From contig JAFYHA010000091.1 of the NCBI GenBank assembly GCA_017539425.1, positions 1-60,181 of the forward strand: 60,181 bases of DNA. Direction: 5' to 3'. This DNA comes from Clostridia bacterium (GTDB lineage: Bacteria > Bacillota > Clostridia > Oscillospirales > CAG-272). Of the stretch, positions 26,358 through 35,760 are shown piece after piece. Each line of letters opens with the position of its first letter. Positions within the stretch are counted from its first letter, which is position 1. The notes beneath the pieces were generated by a model. That model was not told the DNA's origin, did not search any database, and worked only from the letters and a program-made list of their open reading frames with translations. A program made the translations under genes and the position numbers.

Positions 26358-27611
26358 CTAGACACCGGGATACAGAGGAAACCGTTTGCAGATCTCCTGC
26401 ACGGTGCGGCTCACACTTTCACGGGTACCCTCATAATCCGTTGCCACGTCGAAATAGCAACCGGCCAGGATCCTCATTTCCTCCGTTCCGAGACCCCTGG
26501 TGGTCACGGCAGGTGTGCCTACCCGGATACCCGAAGTGACGGAAGGTTTCTCCGGGTCGTTCGGGATCGCGTTCTTGTTGACGGTGATGCCTACCGAGTC
26601 GAGACGGGTCTCCATTTCCTTTCCGGTCACGTGCAGCGGACGCAGATCCAGCAGCATCAGATGATTGTCCGTTCCTCCGCTGACCAGCCGGAATCCCTTT
26701 TCACTCAGGGCCTGCGCAAGAACGCGGGCGTTTTCCCGGATGGCATGCTGATAGGCTTTGAATTCGGGCGTCATCGCTTCCCGGAAGCACACGGCCTTCG
26801 CCGCGATCACATGCTCCAGCGGTCCGCCTTGCGTGCACGGGAAAATGGCCTTGTCGATCTTCTTGGCGATCTCTTCCTGATTGGTCAGGATCAGGCCTCC
26901 TCTGGGGCCTCTCAGCGTCTTGTGCGTCGTGCTCGTCACGACATCCGCATAAGGCAGGGGAGAGGGATGCTCTCCGGCCGCGACCAGTCCGGCGATGTGT
27001 GCCATATCCACCATCAGATAGGCGCCTACGCTGTGCGCGATCCGGGCAAGACGTTCAAACTCTATGATACGGGGATATGCGGAAGCGCCGGCCACGATCA
27101 TCTTCGGCCTTTCGGCTTGAGCCAGTTCCTCGATGCGGTCATAATCCAGATATTCCGTCTCCGGATCCAATCCGTAGGGAATGAACCGGAATACGGTCCC
27201 GGAAATATTGACCGGGCTGCCGTGCGTCAGATGTCCTCCGGCGGGAAGGGACATACCCATTACGGTATCTCCGGGCTTGAGCAGAGCCATATAGGCCGCG
27301 ACGTTGGCCTGTGAACCGGCATGGGGCTGAACGTTCGCAAACGCAGCTCCGAAAAGCTTCTTGGCTCTTTCAATGGCCAGGGACTCCACGGCATCCACGC
27401 ACTCGCATCCGCCGTAATACCGCCGGCCCGGATATCCTTCTGCATACTTGTTGGTCAGAATGCTGCCGGTAGCCAGGATCACGCTTTCGGACACCACGTT
27501 CTCGGACGCGATCATCTCCAGCCCGTTCCGTTCACGGAGAAACTCGGCACGGACAAGGGTACCCACTTCCGGATCCAGTTCTTCCAGTCTGCGCATCATA
27601 GAATCGATCAT
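26358..27611 (-). CDS. glyA: Serine hydroxymethyltransferase
   Basis: [11 protein letters not shown] ... [16 protein letters not shown] ... [14 protein letters not shown] (PLP lysine). Start set to 27611, because the track's longer N-terminus runs through the promoter. Confidence 0.95.
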   Translation of the reverse strand: MIDSMMRRLEELDPEVGTLVRAEFLRERNGLEMIASENVVSESVILATGSILTNKYAEGYPGRRYYGGCECVDAVESLAIERAKKLFGAAFANVQPHAGSQANVAAYMALLKPGDTVMGMSLPAGGHLTHGSPVNISGTVFRFIPYGLDPETEYLDYDRIEELAQAERPKMIVAGASAYPRIIEFERLARIAHSVGAYLMVDMAHIAGLVAAGEHPSPLPYADVVTSTTHKTLRGPRGGLILTNQEEIAKKIDKAIFPCTQGGPLEHVIAAKAVCFREAMTPEFKAYQHAIRENARVLAQALSEKGFRLVSGGTDNHLMLLDLRPLHVTGKEMETRLDSVGITVNKNAIPNDPEKPSVTSGIRVGTPAVTTRGLGTEEMRILAGCYFDVATDYEGTRESVSRTVQEICKRFPLYPGV

Positions 27612-27641
27612 GTTACAAGACCTCGTCTTCAGGATATCTCC

Positions 27642-27671
27642 ATTATACTGTACGCGTTTTCCCGGTGTCAA
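27642..27671 (-). promoter_or_regulatory. glyA promoter
   Basis: Minus strand: TTGACA, 18-nt spacer, TATAAT, about 30 nt upstream of the ATG. Confidence 0.75.
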
Positions 27672-27859
27672 CGGAATTCCTCAAAAACTGCGCCCGCAAA
27701 CTGAATAATTCCGGACGGCTTTTTGCATATCGGATTAGATATTTCGACAAAGCAAACAAAGAAACGCCGCCTTTTGCATAAATATGCAATCGGAATTCTC
27801 GTTTTTCACCCCCGTTTCACGTGCAAAAAGGTGCTCAACACAAGAAGCTCTTACAGTTA

Positions 27860-27888
27860 TTGACAAAACCGTAAAAAAAGCTTAAACT
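27860..27888 (+). promoter_or_regulatory. Promoter for the 27956 surface-protein gene
   Basis: TTGACA, 17-nt spacer, TAAACT. Confidence 0.6.
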
Positions 27889-27955
27889 GTAACCGGTCAA
27901 ATAACTCGTTTCATTTCGACCTGTTATTACAATCATTCTAATTCGGAGGTCTTTT

Positions 27956-29764
27956 ATGAAAAAACTGTTATCCGTATTGCTGACAGCGGCCATCGCGCTC
28001 ACGATCATCGCGGCATGCATTCCCGCCCTGACCGTGTCCGCCATTTCTCCGGTCAGCGTTACATTCTTCGACTGCGACTCCACAGCCGGATTCGGCTTCA
28101 ACATCGCGCCTGCCGTGGACACAACCGAAAAAGTCCAGGGCACGGCTTCTATCCGGATCACATACGGAGATACCATTTTCCAGCGCGAATTCGAGGAAGC
28201 GATCGACGCCTCTCGGTGCGATACGCTCGAATTCGACGTTTTCATTGAGAACCTTGACGCCCTGACGGCCATGGACGGAAGCGGACAGATCGAGATCGGT
28301 TCCGGAAAGGCCAACGACGTGGAGGAGCTCGGCTGGGATCCGATCAACACCCTGACCGGACAGGTCAAGGAAGCCGGATGGAACCATATCGTCCTGCCGT
28401 TCGCAACGGGCGGAGTGACCGGAGGCGCCATCGACACCTCCAGAATCGACTGGTTCCGCTGGTACTGGGTCGGTGCATCCAACCGGCTGGAAATCTGCAT
28501 GGACAATTTCGTGTTCACCAACCAGCTAGCCTACGCACAGGCGGCTAAAGCCCTTGAGGACGAAGCCAAAGGCGTCGGCACTCTCTTCAACGGATGCAAT
28601 TCTGCCGAAGGTTTCAACGGCGTCACGGTCAGTGAAGAGACCGGTTTCTTCAAGACCGGTACCGGTTCCTGGAAATTCTCCCTCGGCGCCCAGATGATCG
28701 AATCCACCGGGATGACGGCTGCAGACCTTTCCGCATACAACCGCATCGAATTCGATCTGTATGTGACCGACGCGGACGCCGTCAAGGAATTGAACGGGAA
28801 TTCCGAATTTGAGATCTCCTCCTCCGGGAAATGCGACGACAAGGAACTGCACTGGCTGTCCGAGACCTTCACCAAGGATCTTCAGGACGGATGGAACCAT
28901 GTGGTCCTGGAGTTTGCCGAGGGAAGCGAGACCAACGGTCCCATCGACATGAGCGCCGTCAACTATCTGCGCTGGTACTGGGTCGGCAACGACTCCGGAG
29001 TGGACGCCTATATCGACAACATCCGGCTGCTCGAAGCCTCGGATGAGACTCTCCTGACCGAAGAATACACGTTCGTGGTCTTCGAGGACAGCGAGACACA
29101 GTATCTGTATAACTCCAATGCCGGCAAGACCGCGGAAAAGCGGTTTTCCGACAGGAACACGGAAACCGTTTACCTGTTCACGATCGATCATTCCCACGCC
29201 GTCCGTAAGATCACCATCACCGGAAAATTCGGCGCTCAGCTCCTGCTGCAGGCCGGAACCGACGGCACGAACTACTCCGAAGTCTACCGCTGGGAATCCG
29301 ATGAGATCAACGAAAGTACCGACGGCTCGAAGTACAACCGCGGTCTGGACGGCGGCGTCTACACCTTTGACCTGACCAATTTCGTCGAACTCAGCAAGAA
29401 CGTGGATACGCTCTATGTCCGCATCGCGGACTCGTATCCGACCGTCAACGGCACACCGAACGGCTGGGGCGGGAACATCTACACCGGCGAGCCGGTCAGA
29501 CTTGTGGTGACCTATGCCGACATTCCGGCGCCGGAGGACATCCCGGGAGAAGATGAGACAGATGCCGAGAGCGATGCACAGCCTTCCGAGACCGGTGCAC
29601 AGCCGGTCGAGACCGAAGCCGGATCCCAGGGGTCTGCGGAAACCAGCCCCGAGACCAAGGCCGAAAAGAAGGGCGGTTGCGGTTCCGTTCTGGGTCTGGG
29701 CACGGCCTGCCTGTCCGTTGCGGGCATTCTGGGCGCCGCCCTCGTGATCCGCAAGAAGGACTGA
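27956..29764 (+). CDS. Cell-surface protein, paralogue of the 1526-4867 product: 2 copies of the GWNH module, 1 STDG-type module, acidic linker, GCGS-TM-RKK tail
   Basis: 602 aa. The first 189 residues are collinear without gaps with the 1113-aa protein (TIIAACIPALTVSA, FDCDSTAGFGFN, LEFDVF, GWNHIVLPF, WFRWYWVG, DNFVFTN). Confidence 0.85.
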   Translation: MKKLLSVLLTAAIALTIIAACIPALTVSAISPVSVTFFDCDSTAGFGFNIAPAVDTTEKVQGTASIRITYGDTIFQREFEEAIDASRCDTLEFDVFIENLDALTAMDGSGQIEIGSGKANDVEELGWDPINTLTGQVKEAGWNHIVLPFATGGVTGGAIDTSRIDWFRWYWVGASNRLEICMDNFVFTNQLAYAQAAKALEDEAKGVGTLFNGCNSAEGFNGVTVSEETGFFKTGTGSWKFSLGAQMIESTGMTAADLSAYNRIEFDLYVTDADAVKELNGNSEFEISSSGKCDDKELHWLSETFTKDLQDGWNHVVLEFAEGSETNGPIDMSAVNYLRWYWVGNDSGVDAYIDNIRLLEASDETLLTEEYTFVVFEDSETQYLYNSNAGKTAEKRFSDRNTETVYLFTIDHSHAVRKITITGKFGAQLLLQAGTDGTNYSEVYRWESDEINESTDGSKYNRGLDGGVYTFDLTNFVELSKNVDTLYVRIADSYPTVNGTPNGWGGNIYTGEPVRLVVTYADIPAPEDIPGEDETDAESDAQPSETGAQPVETEAGSQGSAETSPETKAEKKGGCGSVLGLGTACLSVAGILGAALVIRKKD

Positions 29765-29842
29765 GTCCGAATCCTTTCTCCGGAACGGGACTTCAGACCT
29801 GAAAAAAGTTCATTTGGGGGAAAGTTAGCGGGTGTCTATCCG

Positions 29843-29871
29843 TTGACTTTCCCCCTGAACTGTGCTATACT
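29843..29871 (+). promoter_or_regulatory. Promoter for the MGS-like gene
   Basis: TTGACT, 17-nt spacer, TATACT. The -35 lies inside the 3' arm of a 10-bp hairpin. Confidence 0.65.
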
Positions 29872-29898
29872 GTTAAAAACCGAACCGGAGGTAGAACG

Positions 29899-30330
29899 AT
29901 GCAGATTGCCATTATTGCCCACGATCTGAAGAAGGAACTGATGACCCAGTTCTGCATCGCCTATTGCGGCATTCTGAGCAAGCACAAGCTCTGTGCCACC
30001 AGCGTTACGGCCAAATGCATCTCGGATGCCACGGGGCTGGAGATCGAGAGCTACCTGCCCGGCACGTACGGCGGGGAACAGCAGATCGCTTCCCGGGTGG
30101 CCTACAACGAGATCGACGTGCTCCTGTATTTCCGGGACACCCGGACGAATGCGGTCTGTTCTCCGGACGAGCAGGAACTGCTCCGGCTGTGCGACTACCA
30201 TAACATTCCGGTCGCCACGAACATCGCCACCGCGGAGATCATCATCAACGCGCTGGACAGAGGGGAACTGGACTGGAGGGAATTCCTCAATCCGAGTTCG
30301 GAATACAACCTTTCACACAAGTCCAAATGA
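29899..30330 (+). CDS. Methylglyoxal synthase-like (MGS fold) protein, divergent at catalytic signatures
   Basis: IAIIAHDLKKELM ... GGEQQI ... IDVLLYFRD ... NIPVATNIATAE aligns by eye along its whole length with MgsA, but ATGTTG, GGDQQ and PHEPD are altered. Confidence 0.7.
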   Translation: MQIAIIAHDLKKELMTQFCIAYCGILSKHKLCATSVTAKCISDATGLEIESYLPGTYGGEQQIASRVAYNEIDVLLYFRDTRTNAVCSPDEQELLRLCDYHNIPVATNIATAEIIINALDRGELDWREFLNPSSEYNLSHKSK

Positions 30331-30364
30331 GACTTGACCCATACGGATATGTCCGAAGCATACT

Positions 30365-30529
30365 CACGGTGCAGAGAGCGGGATCCAGGCTGAAAATCCC
30401 GTCCGCAGAGGCAGAGGGTACCACCGTATGTCCCAACTGCATAACCCAATCAAGTAAAATGTTCGGGTGGAACCGTGCAGATGAATGAATCTACACCCCG
30501 GCGGCCAGATGCGTCGCCGGGCTTTTTTA
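30365..30529 (+). promoter_or_regulatory. T-box leader (Thr specifier ACC) with terminator/antiterminator, upstream of thrS
   Basis: AGAGAG box at 30372-30377. Candidate specifier ACC followed by A at 30420-30423. T-box core GGGTGGAACCGTG at 30465-30477. Terminator CCCGGCG...CGCCGGG + CTTTTTT at 30497-30528. Confidence 0.85.
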
Positions 30530-30544
30530 TAGGAGAGCAAAAAT

Positions 30545-32494
30545 ATGATTACTGTGAAATTCCTTGGTGAACAGGAAAAATCCGTCTCACTTGAGACACC
30601 TTCGTCGGTTTATGAGTTTGCGAAAACCGCCGAACTGGCCAGTCGTGACGTTCTGGCCGCAGTCGTGAACGGCAAAACCGTGGACCTGACCGCCACTGTC
30701 GGCGCAGACGCGGAAGTCCGTCTTCTGACCTTTGAGGATCCGGAAGGCAAGCACGTGTTCTGGCATACGGCCAGCCATGTACTGGCCCAGGCCGTAAAGC
30801 GTCTGTATCCCGCGACCAAACTGACGATCGGGCCGGCCATAGAGAACGGTTTCTATTATGATTTCGACAGCGAGACGGCGTTTTCACCGGAGGCGCTCAA
30901 GGCCCTGGAAGACGAGATGAAGAAGATCGTCAAGGAGAACGAGCGCGTCGAGCGTTTTGAACTGCCCCGTGACGAAGCGGTCCGTTTCATGACCGAACGC
31001 GACGAGCCTTACAAGGTACAGCTTATCGAGGAACTTCCGGAAGGCGAGACCATCTCGTTCTACAGGCAGGGGGATTTCACGGATCTCTGCGCCGGTCCTC
31101 ATCTGTTCTCCACAGGCGCTCTCAAGGCCATCAAGCTGACCCAGTGCACAGGCGCCTACTGGAAGGGCGACCAGAAGAACAAGCAGCTGCAGCGCGTGTA
31201 CGGCATTGCCTTCCCGAAAAAGGAAATGCTCGCGGACTATCTCACCGCTCAGGAGGAGGCCCGCAAACGCGACCATAACAAGATCGGACGGGAACTGGAA
31301 TACTTCACGACCGTGGACGTCATCGGCCAGGGACTCCCGATCCTGCTTCCCAAAGGAGCACGGGTCGTCCAGCTCCTGCAGAGATGGGTCGAGGACTATG
31401 AACAGGCGCACGGTTATCTGCTGACCAAGACTCCTCTCATGGCCAAACGGGATCTGTACAAGATCTCCGGACACTGGGACCATTACCTGGACGGCATGTT
31501 CGTCATCGGAGATCCTCAGGACGAGACCAAGGACTGCTATGCGCTCCGTCCGATGACCTGCCCGTTCCAGTATCAGGTCTACCTGAACAAGAAGCGTTCC
31601 TACCGGGACCTGCCCATGCGGCTCGGCGAAACATCCACCCTGTTCCGCAATGAGGACTCGGGCGAGATGCACGGTCTGATCCGTGTCCGTCAGTTCACCA
31701 TTTCCGAAGGACACCTCATCCTCCGTCCCGAACAGCTGGAAGAGGAGTTCGCGGGCTGTGTCCGTCTGTTCAAGTACTTCCTGGGCACGCTCGGCATGCT
31801 GGAGAACTGCACGTTCCGCTTTTCCCAGTGGGATCCGGCCAACCCGAAGAACAAATACGAGGGTACGAAAGAGCAGTGGGAGGAATCCCAGGCTCTCATG
31901 GCCAAGATCCTGAACGACCTGGAGATCCCGTACACCATCGGAATCGACGAGGCCGCCTTCTACGGACCCAAGCTGGACATCCAGTACCGCAACGTGTACG
32001 GCAAGGAAGATACCATCGTCACGATCCAGATCGATATGCTCCTGTCCCACCGCTTCGGTATGACCTATGTGGATTCGGACGGGCAGATCAAGTACCCGTA
32101 TATCATTCACCGGACGTCCCTGGGCTGCTACGAACGCACCCTGGCCTACCTGCTTGAGAAATATGCGGGCGCCCTGCCGACCTGGCTCTGCCCGACCCAG
32201 GTCAAGATCCTGCCGATCGGTACCGAGCATATGGCCTACGCGCAGGAGATCTGCGACAAGCTGTTCGACGCGGGCGTCCGCGCCGAGGTCGACGAGCGCA
32301 ACGAGACGATCGGATACAAGATCCGCCAGGCACAGCTTGAAAAAGTGCCTTATATGATCGTCCTGGGCGACCAGGAGGTCGAATCGCGCAAGGTCGCGGT
32401 CCGTTCCAGAAGGACCGGAGCAACGGTGACCTCAACTCTGGAAGAGTTCACAATGGAACTGCTCTCAGAGATCCGCGAAAAACGGCACGACTGA
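30545..32494 (+). CDS. thrS: Threonine--tRNA ligase
   Basis: TGS domain, HxxxH editing motif (WHTASHVLAQAV), and class II motifs (FRNEDSGEMHGLIRVRQFT, GPKLD). Confidence 0.95.
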   Translation: MITVKFLGEQEKSVSLETPSSVYEFAKTAELASRDVLAAVVNGKTVDLTATVGADAEVRLLTFEDPEGKHVFWHTASHVLAQAVKRLYPATKLTIGPAIENGFYYDFDSETAFSPEALKALEDEMKKIVKENERVERFELPRDEAVRFMTERDEPYKVQLIEELPEGETISFYRQGDFTDLCAGPHLFSTGALKAIKLTQCTGAYWKGDQKNKQLQRVYGIAFPKKEMLADYLTAQEEARKRDHNKIGRELEYFTTVDVIGQGLPILLPKGARVVQLLQRWVEDYEQAHGYLLTKTPLMAKRDLYKISGHWDHYLDGMFVIGDPQDETKDCYALRPMTCPFQYQVYLNKKRSYRDLPMRLGETSTLFRNEDSGEMHGLIRVRQFTISEGHLILRPEQLEEEFAGCVRLFKYFLGTLGMLENCTFRFSQWDPANPKNKYEGTKEQWEESQALMAKILNDLEIPYTIGIDEAAFYGPKLDIQYRNVYGKEDTIVTIQIDMLLSHRFGMTYVDSDGQIKYPYIIHRTSLGCYERTLAYLLEKYAGALPTWLCPTQVKILPIGTEHMAYAQEICDKLFDAGVRAEVDERNETIGYKIRQAQLEKVPYMIVLGDQEVESRKVAVRSRRTGATVTSTLEEFTMELLSEIREKRHD

Positions 32495-32508
32495 TCCAGC
32501 TTTTTCCC

Positions 32509-34602
32509 ATGTTTTCAACCCGACATCCCAATCTGTATATCCGGTCCGACGAACTGGCCGGACTGAAGGCGCGTGCCGCAAAAGATGATTCCTTTGCGGC
32601 GCGCTGCCGCGCTCTCTATGCTTCCAAGGACGCTCTGCTCAAGGAGTCCTTCCTGACCGAAACCTACGCCAACACGGCCCAGACCCAGCATGGAAACTAT
32701 TATGAAATCGGCTCCCAGCTGGAACGATTCTGTGACGGACTGCTGCCCGCCGTGCTGCTGGAAGGGGATAAGGCCTGCCTGCAGAAGCTGACCGACGCGC
32801 TCCTTCACTATGCCTCGTTCCAGGCCTGGACCGGTCCTGCGAACGCCCGAAGGGATGTACCCTGGCATTCGGATCTGAGCACAACCCGTATCGCCGTGGC
32901 CTACGCCCGCATCTACGACGTTCTGTACGACGAACTGACCGAAACGCAGAGAGACACGATCGCGGACGCGGCCCTTTCGCTGGGCATCTATCCTCTCCTG
33001 GCCGACTGGGTCTCTCCCGGGACCCGCATTCACGCGATGGACTCCATGGGTCACAACTGGTGGGCCGTCTGCATCGGACTGGCCGGTCTTTCGCTGCTGC
33101 CTTTTGCAGACCGGCTTCCCGAATCCGAATGCCGGACGATATTCGACCAGATCCACGAAGCGCTCCGCGAATTCCTGGACTATCCCGGACAGCCTCTGTT
33201 CAACAAATCCCGGAATTTCGACGGGGAAGGCCTGTTCTACGAAAGCACCGGTTATTTCAATTACGGTGCCGGAGAACTGCTCCGCTATCTCTACCATGCC
33301 GAACGGTATTTCGGCAGGATCGACATCCTGCGGACAGGCGTGCTGCCCAAACTCGGAGACGCGATCCTCTCCTTCTGCTATCCCACGTCGGAAGGGATCC
33401 GGTTCCTCAATTTTGGCGACAGCGCCTATACCGCAGACATCCGGAAGATCGTCCTGTATCTCAGGCTGTGCGGATACGGTTCGCCTGCCCTTGCGGCCTA
33501 CGCGCAGGCCGCAAAAGGAAGGAACTCTGTCCTGGAGCTGGTCCACGAGGACCCTTCCGAGCCTTCCGGATCGCTTGACGCCTTGTCCGAGGTCCGCGTC
33601 TTTCCGGAATCCGGCTATTACATCGATCGGAACTCCTTTGAACCGGATTCCACGCTGTTTGCCCTCAAAAGCGGTTTTACATGGAACCATGCCCATGAGG
33701 ACGCGGGATCGTTTGTGCTCTATGACCGGGGCGAACCTGTTTTCACGGACTCCGGTTCCTGTTCCTACGGATCCCCGGCCTATATGGACTATTTCTGCCG
33801 CACCCGGGCTCACAACGCCTGGCTGATCGGGGAAAAAGGGCAGTGGGAAGGGGATCTGTACAGAGGCTCCCGTTTTCCGGGCCGTATCGACGAGACATTC
33901 CGGAACAAAGGTCTTCACTATGTCCGGGCGGATGCGACCGGTCCGTATTCCCATACCTGCCAGCGCCTGTTCCGGAACGTATTTATCCTTTCCCACAAGT
34001 ATTTCTTCATACTGGACGACATTCTGACGATCCGTCCGGAGCCGGTCACTTTCCTGCTTCATCAAAAAGGGGATGCCATGATCCGGCAAGACGCTCTGTC
34101 CGTCCGGAATTCGACCGGCAGCGCCCGTGTGCACACCCTGTACCCGTCCCGTTCGGTCTGGAGTGAGGAGACCGGCTACCCTGAGCAGTCCGGCTACAGT
34201 GTGGCGGCTCCGTTCAAAAACGGAGACTCGGTCTACTACAGGGAGGATTATCCCGAAACCGGGGACCGGTGCGACAAGGCCTTGCTTCATGTGATCGCCC
34301 TGAACCAGGACGGTTATGATCTGGCTCCGCTGTCATCCCGGGACGCGATCGGCGTCCGACTGACCGAATCCGACCGATCGGTCCATGAACTCTGGTTCAA
34401 CCTCCGCGCGGACGGGCGGAGAATGCATATCAATTCCAACAACGTTCTGGGCGGATTCGATACGGATGCCTATCTTCTGTTCGTATCCAGAAAGCCCGGA
34501 AAGCATGCGGCCGTGACTGCCGTCTGTTCCAGTTACGTCCGCCGAAAAGGGCGCGTGTACAGTTCTGCCTTTACCAAACAGACCGTTTCATTCACGCTCT
34601 GA
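32509..34602 (+). CDS. Heparinase II/III-like (polysaccharide-lyase fold) protein, no signal peptide
   Basis: 697 aa. NWWAVCIGLAG, WNHAHEDAGSFVLYDRGE, RTRAHNAWLIG motifs. Starts 14 nt after the thrS stop. No clear RBS. Confidence 0.7.
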   Translation: MFSTRHPNLYIRSDELAGLKARAAKDDSFAARCRALYASKDALLKESFLTETYANTAQTQHGNYYEIGSQLERFCDGLLPAVLLEGDKACLQKLTDALLHYASFQAWTGPANARRDVPWHSDLSTTRIAVAYARIYDVLYDELTETQRDTIADAALSLGIYPLLADWVSPGTRIHAMDSMGHNWWAVCIGLAGLSLLPFADRLPESECRTIFDQIHEALREFLDYPGQPLFNKSRNFDGEGLFYESTGYFNYGAGELLRYLYHAERYFGRIDILRTGVLPKLGDAILSFCYPTSEGIRFLNFGDSAYTADIRKIVLYLRLCGYGSPALAAYAQAAKGRNSVLELVHEDPSEPSGSLDALSEVRVFPESGYYIDRNSFEPDSTLFALKSGFTWNHAHEDAGSFVLYDRGEPVFTDSGSCSYGSPAYMDYFCRTRAHNAWLIGEKGQWEGDLYRGSRFPGRIDETFRNKGLHYVRADATGPYSHTCQRLFRNVFILSHKYFFILDDILTIRPEPVTFLLHQKGDAMIRQDALSVRNSTGSARVHTLYPSRSVWSEETGYPEQSGYSVAAPFKNGDSVYYREDYPETGDRCDKALLHVIALNQDGYDLAPLSSRDAIGVRLTESDRSVHELWFNLRADGRRMHINSNNVLGGFDTDAYLLFVSRKPGKHAAVTAVCSSYVRRKGRVYSSAFTKQTVSFTL

Positions 34603-34620
34603 TCCCGGAAGGAGTCTAGT

Positions 34621-35757
34621 ATGGCAACGGTTTTCGATTATCTGAAATGGCGGGGTGACCTGAGCTTTTCCCGGTCCCCCTTCAATATTGTGGACGCGGC
34701 CATCCTGTCCAAATGCTCCTATCTCCATTTTCTGGAGGCCGCCGGCCCGGTTCCGGAGGATTCTGCGGTCCCGCTGCCCCGGATCCGTGACATCCTCTTC
34801 TCGGACGGCTCCGATCACACGCTGGGGCTGGTGATCCCTCCCCAGATCTTTGACCTTTTTGACCTGGCGGCATCCACAAAACGGTTTTCCGCCGTCCGGA
34901 TCTTCGATATGGAGGATATCCTGGACAGAAAAAAGGAGATCCAGTTCTCGGCCATGACGTTCGAACTGTCTTCTTCTCTTTGCGTCGTGACCTTCAGGGG
35001 CACCGACGACAGTATCGTCGGATGGAAGGAGGATTTCAACATGGCGTTTGAAAAGTCCATTCCATCCCAGAAACTGGCCGCCGCTTATCTGCACAGGATC
35101 CTCTGCACCCATCCCGGAAACGTGATCCTGACCGGGCACAGCAAAGGAGGCAACCTGGCCATTTTTGCGGCCGCCTCCTGCAATCCGGAGGAACGGGAAC
35201 GCATCCAGACCGTGTACAATTTCGACGGTCCCGGATTCAAGCCCGACTTTCTGGAGTCCGAAGGCTACCTGAGCATTGTATCCAGAATCCGGACCGCCGT
35301 GCCCGAGTCCAGCATCATCGGATGCCTGTTCGAGCAGCTGGGCGAAAAGATCTATGTGGTCTCGTCGGTCAAGGGCGGGCTCCGGCAGCACAATCTTCTG
35401 ACCTGGCAGGTCATCGGCCCGGAATTCGAAACCGTTCCGACAAGGAGCCGGGACAGCATCCAGATGGAAAAGGCCATCAAGGCCTGGACCGCGGACATGA
35501 GCGAACAGGAGACCGAGGACTTCGTCAACACCGTCTTCTCACTGCCGGCCGCCGCCAGTGTGACCAATCTCAAGGACCTGAGCCGGATCCCGAACGCGGG
35601 CTTTAAGATGATCCAGGCCCCGACCCCTGAGCAGAGAAAGATCCTTTTGGACGGTTTCCGCAAACTGATTGCGGAACTGTATACGGCCCATTTCCAGAAG
35701 CAGTCCAAGCCGGACCCGCACGCAAAGCGGACCGCCCGGCGGAAGAACGGAGGATGA
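34621..35757 (+). CDS. DUF2974 (Mbeg1-like) alpha/beta-hydrolase
   Basis: The N-terminus VFDYLKWRGDLSF...ILSKCSYL is typical of DUF2974. Nucleophile elbow GHSKGGNLA. AAGGAG RBS. Confidence 0.7.
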   Translation: MATVFDYLKWRGDLSFSRSPFNIVDAAILSKCSYLHFLEAAGPVPEDSAVPLPRIRDILFSDGSDHTLGLVIPPQIFDLFDLAASTKRFSAVRIFDMEDILDRKKEIQFSAMTFELSSSLCVVTFRGTDDSIVGWKEDFNMAFEKSIPSQKLAAAYLHRILCTHPGNVILTGHSKGGNLAIFAAASCNPEERERIQTVYNFDGPGFKPDFLESEGYLSIVSRIRTAVPESSIIGCLFEQLGEKIYVVSSVKGGLRQHNLLTWQVIGPEFETVPTRSRDSIQMEKAIKAWTADMSEQETEDFVNTVFSLPAAASVTNLKDLSRIPNAGFKMIQAPTPEQRKILLDGFRKLIAELYTAHFQKQSKPDPHAKRTARRKNGG

Positions 35758-35760
35758 CCT

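Noticed and set aside
27612-27760. Possible ZTP (pfl motif) or other riboswitch upstream of glyA
   Set aside because: A near-consensus promoter (27642-27671) leaves only ~30 nt of leader, and I did not see the conserved ZTP blocks such as CCGCCTGGGC.
30334-30364. TTGACC ... CATACT as the promoter of the thrS T-box leader
   Set aside because: The spacing is about 19 nt and the -10 is poor. It is plausible but too weak to list as a feature.
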